From positions 806,001 to 870,000 of the forward strand of contig CAXIUT010000183.1 in NCBI GenBank assembly GCA_964035545.1: 64,000 bases of DNA, given 5' to 3'. A model generated the notes under the pieces. The model did no database searches. It had not been told where the DNA came from and was given only the letters and a program-made list of their open reading frames with translations. The position numbers were made by a program, and so were the translations under genes. This DNA is from Bugula neritina (taxonomy: Eukaryota > Animalia > Bryozoa). Below, piece by piece: positions 59,301-64,000 of the stretch (the first letter of the stretch is position 1; each line of letters starts with the position of its first letter).

Positions 59301-62300
59301 GAAATATACTGTAACACACTGAAATATGCTGCAACATACTGAAATACACTGTAACATTCTGAAAAATACTGCAACATACTGAAATACACTGCTACATACT
59401 GAAATATACTGCAACATACTGCAAAATACTGCAACATACTGAAATACACTGTAACATATTGAAGTACACTGCAACACATTGAAATATACTGCAACATACC
59501 AAAATATATGGTAAACAACTGAAATATACTTTAACACATTGAAAAATACTGCAACATACTGAAATATACTGCGACACTTTGCAATATACTGTAACATACC
59601 GAAATATGCTCTAGCACACTGAAATACACTGCAACTCACTGAAATATACTGCAACATACTGAAATAGACTTTAACATATTGAAAAATACTGCAACATACT
59701 GAAATATACTGCGACACCTAGCAATATACTGTAACATACTGAAATATGCTCTAGCACACTGAAATACAATGCAACTTACTGAAATATACTGCAACATACT
59801 GAAGTACACTGCAACATCCTACAATATGCTGAAATACACTGTAACATATTGAAATACACTGCAACACTTTGAAATATACTGCAACATACCGAAATATGCT
59901 CCAGCACACTGAAATACACTGCAACTCACTGAAATATACTGCAACATACTGAAATACACTGTGACATCCTGAAATATACTGCAACATTCAGAAATACACT
60001 GCTACATACTGAAATATACTGCAACATACTGCAACATACTGAAATACACTGCAACATACTACAACATACTGAAATACGCTGCAACACATTGAAATATACT
60101 GCAACATACCTAAATATACGGTAATATACCGAAATATACTGTAACGCATTGCAAAATACTGCAACATACTGAAATACACTGCAACATCCTACAATATGCT
60201 GAAATACACTGTAACATATTGAAATACACTGCAACACTTTGAAATATACTGCAACATACCGAAATATATGGTAAACTACTGCAACATACTACAACATATT
60301 GAAATACACTGCAACACATTGAAGTATACTGCAACATACCTAAATATACGGTAATATACTGAAATATACTGTAACACATTGAAAAATCCTGCAACATACT
60401 GAAATATACTGTAACACACCGAAATATACTGCAACATACTGAAATACACTGTAACATACTGAAATATACTGCAACATACTGAAATACACTGCTACATACT
60501 GAAATATGCTGCAACATACTGCAACATACTGAAATACACTGTAACATACTGAAATAAACTGCAACATACTACAACATATTGAAATACACTGCAACACATT
60601 GAAATATACTGCAACATACCTAAATGTACGGTAATATACTGAAATTCACTGTAACGCATTGCAAAATACTGCAACATACTGAAATTCACTGCGACACACT
60701 GAAATACGCTGCAAAATACTACAACATACTGAAATAAACTGTAACATATTGAAATACACTGCAACACATTGAAAAGTACTGTAACATAATGAAATATACT
60801 GTAACACACTGAAATATACTGCAACATACTGAAATACACTGTAACATACTGAAATATACTGCAACATACTGAAATATACTGCTACATACTGAAATATACT
60901 GCAACATACTGCAACATACTGCAATACACTGTAACATACTGAAATACACTGCAACATACTACAACATATTGAAACACACTGCAACACATTGAAATACACT
61001 GCAACTTACCGAATATATGGTAAACTACTGAAATATACTGTAACGCATTGAAAAATACTGCAACATACTGAAATATATTGCGACACATTGCAATATACTG
61101 TAACATACTGAAAAATGCTGTAGCACACTGAAATATACTGCAATTCACTGAAATATACTGCAACATACTGAAATACACCGCAACATCCTACAACATACTG
61201 AAATACTTTGTAACATATTGAAATACACTGCAACACATTGAAATATACTGCAACATAACGAAATATATGGTAAACTACTGAAATATATTTTAACACATTG
61301 AAAAATACTGCAACATACTGAAATATATTTTAACACATTGAAAAATACTGCAACATACTGAAATATACTGTAACACACTGAAGTACACTGCAACTCACTG
61401 AAATATACTGCAATATACAGAAATACACTGCAACATCCTACAAAATGCTGAAATACACTGTAACATATTGAAATACACTGCAACACATTGAAAGATACTG
61501 CAACATACCGAAATATATAGTAAACTACTGAAATATACTGTAACACATTGAAAAATACTGCAACATACTGAAATATACTGCAACATACCTAAATATACGG
61601 TAATATACTGAAATATACTGTAACACACCGAAATATACTGCAACATACTGAAATACACTGTAACATACTGAAATATACTGCAACATACTGAAATACACTG
61701 CTACATACTGCAACATACTGCAACATACTGCAACATACTGAAATACACTGTAACATACTGAAATAAACTGCAACATACTACAACATATTGAAATACACTG
61801 CAACACATTGAAATATACTGCTACATACCTAAATATACGGTAATATACTGAAATATACTGTAACACATTGAAAAAACTGCAACATACTGAAATACACTGC
61901 AACGCACTGAAATGCACCGCAAAATACTACAACATGCTGAAATGCACTGTAACATATTGAAATCCACTGCAACACATTGAAATATACTGCAACATACTGA
62001 AATATATTGCGACACATTGCAATATACTGTAATATACTGAAAAATGCTGTAGCACACTGAAATATACTGCAATTCGCTGAAATATACTGCAACATACTGA
62101 AATACACCGCAACATCCTACAACATACTAAAATACACTGTAACATTTCGAAATACACTGCAACACATTGAATTATACTGAAACATAACGAAATATATGGT
62201 AAACTACTGAAATATATTTTAACAAATTGAAAAATACTGCAACATACTGAAATATACTGTAACACACTGAAGTATACTGCAACATACTGAAATACACTGT

Positions 62301-62560
62301 AACATACTGAAATATACTGCAACATACTGAAATACACTGCTACATACTGAAATATACTGCAACGTACTGCAACATACTGCAACATACTGAAATACACTGT
62401 AACATACTGAAATACACTGCAACATACTACCACATATTGAAATACACTGCAACACATTGAAATGTACTGCAACATACCGAAATATATGGTAAACTACTAA
62501 AATATACTGTAACACATTGAAATATACTGCAACATACCTAAATATACGGTAATATACTGA
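40457..62560. repeat. Second copy of a large block duplication (paralogous to ~1650-32560)
   Basis: Collinear ORF matches with stepwise offsets of 38816, 38506, 33141, 31340, 30080 and 29960; each step is explained by one indel (310, 5365, 1801, 1260, 120 bp). Boundaries are approximate. Confidence 0.9.
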
Positions 62561-64000
62561 AATATACTATAACACACCGAAATATACTGCAACATACTGA
62601 AATACACTGTAACATACCGAAATATACTGCAACATACTTAAATACACTGCTACATACTGCAACATACTGCAACATACTGCAACATACTGAAATACACTGT
62701 AACATACTGAAATAAACTGCAACATACTACAACATATTGAAATACACTGCAACACATTGAAATATACTGCTACATACCTAAAAATACCGCAACATACTGA
62801 AATATACTGCGACACATTGCAATATACTGTAACATATTGAAATATGCTGTAGCACACTGAAATACACTGCAACATCCTACAACATACTGAAATACACTGT
62901 AACATATTGAAATACACTGCAAGAAATTGAAATAGACTGCAACATAACACAATATATGGTAAACTACTGAAATAGACTTTAACACATTGAAACATACTGC
63001 AACATACAGAAATATACTGTAACACACTGAAATATGCTGCAACATACTGAAATACACTGTAACATTCTGAAAAATACTGCAACATACTGAAATACACTGC
63101 TACATACTGAAATATACTGCAACATACTGCAAAATACTGCAACATACTGAAATACACTGTAACATATTGAAGTACACTGCAACACATTGAAATATACTGC
63201 AACATACCAAAATATATGGTAAACAACTGAAATATACTTTAACACATTGAAAAATACTGCAACATACTGAAATATACTGCGACACTTTGCAATATACTGT
63301 AACATACCGAAATATGCTCTAGCACACTGAAATACACTGCAACTCACTGAAATATACTGCAACATACTGAAATAGACTTTAACATATTGAAAAATACTGC
63401 AACATACTGAAATATACTGCGACACCTAGCAATATACTGTAACATACTGAAATATGCTCTAGCACACTGAAATACAATGCAACTTACTGAAATATACTGC
63501 AACATACTGAAGTACACTGCAACATCCTACAATATGCTGAAATACACTGTAACATATTGAAATACACTGCAACACTTTGAAATATACTGCAACATACCGA
63601 AATATGCTCCAGCACACTGAAATACACTGCAACTCACTGAAATATACTGCAACATACTGAAATACACTGTGACATCCTGAAATATACTGCAACATTCAGA
63701 AATACACTGCTACATACTGAAATATACTGCAACATACTGCAACATACTGAAATACACTGCAACATACTACAACATACTGAAATACGCTGCAACACATTGA
63801 AATATACTGCAACATACCTAAATATACGGTAATATACCGAAATATACTGTAACGCATTGCAAAATACTGCAACATACTGAAATACACTGCAACATCCTAC
63901 AATATGCTGAAATACACTGTAACATATTGAAATACACTGCAACACTTTGAAATATACTGCAACATACCGAAATATATGGTAAACTACTGCAACATACTAC
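58850..64000. repeat. 3708-bp tandem duplication (second copy truncated by the window end)
   Basis: ORF pairs 58859/62567, 59062/62770, 59751/63459, 59988/63696. Confidence 0.9.

Larger units (their letters stand above)
17926..64000. repeat. 10-bp/20-bp satellite array, right arm (same family and orientation)
   Basis: Same monomers and strand. Resumes in exact register after the insertion and runs off the right window edge. Confidence 0.99.

Noticed and set aside
255-63945. Hundreds of Cys/Tyr/Val/Phe-rich minus-strand ORFs (60-268 aa)
   Set aside because: These are translations of the satellite. They overlap in all three frames with the same peptide cycle because 20 is not divisible by 3 and the consensus lacks stops. 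Indels preserve 10-bp phase, not codon phase.
1-64000. CRISPR array or repeat-spacer system
   Set aside because: There are no unique spacers between constant repeats and no cas-like ORFs; the sequence is continuous degenerate tandem repeat.
1-64000. Telomeric repeat, rDNA or tRNA array
   Set aside because: The monomer lacks the G-runs of telomerase repeats and shows HOR-type variation; no rRNA or tRNA structure was recognised.

Overview
Eukaryotic (probably animal) satellite DNA. About 58.6 kb of the window is one tandem array of a 10-bp monomer alternating as a 20-bp dimer (consensus TACTGCAACA-TACTGAAATA). The array is organised into nested higher-order repeats: ~0.2-0.3 kb subunits, a 4647/4337-bp HOR, local duplications of 310, 490, 789, 1801 and 3708 bp, and a 22-31 kb block present twice. 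It is interrupted once, at 12563-17925, by a 5363-bp DNA transposon-like element. The element has CACAGC...GCTGTG ends, imperfect 22-bp TIRs, a 2-bp TA target-site duplication, a diverged 180-bp subterminal repeat, no recognisable transposase and a possible spliced cargo gene. The exact empty paralogous site is in the same window (51067-51068), so the insertion boundaries and relative timing can be read directly from the sequence. The hundreds of minus-strand ORFs are artefacts of a stop-free satellite strand.
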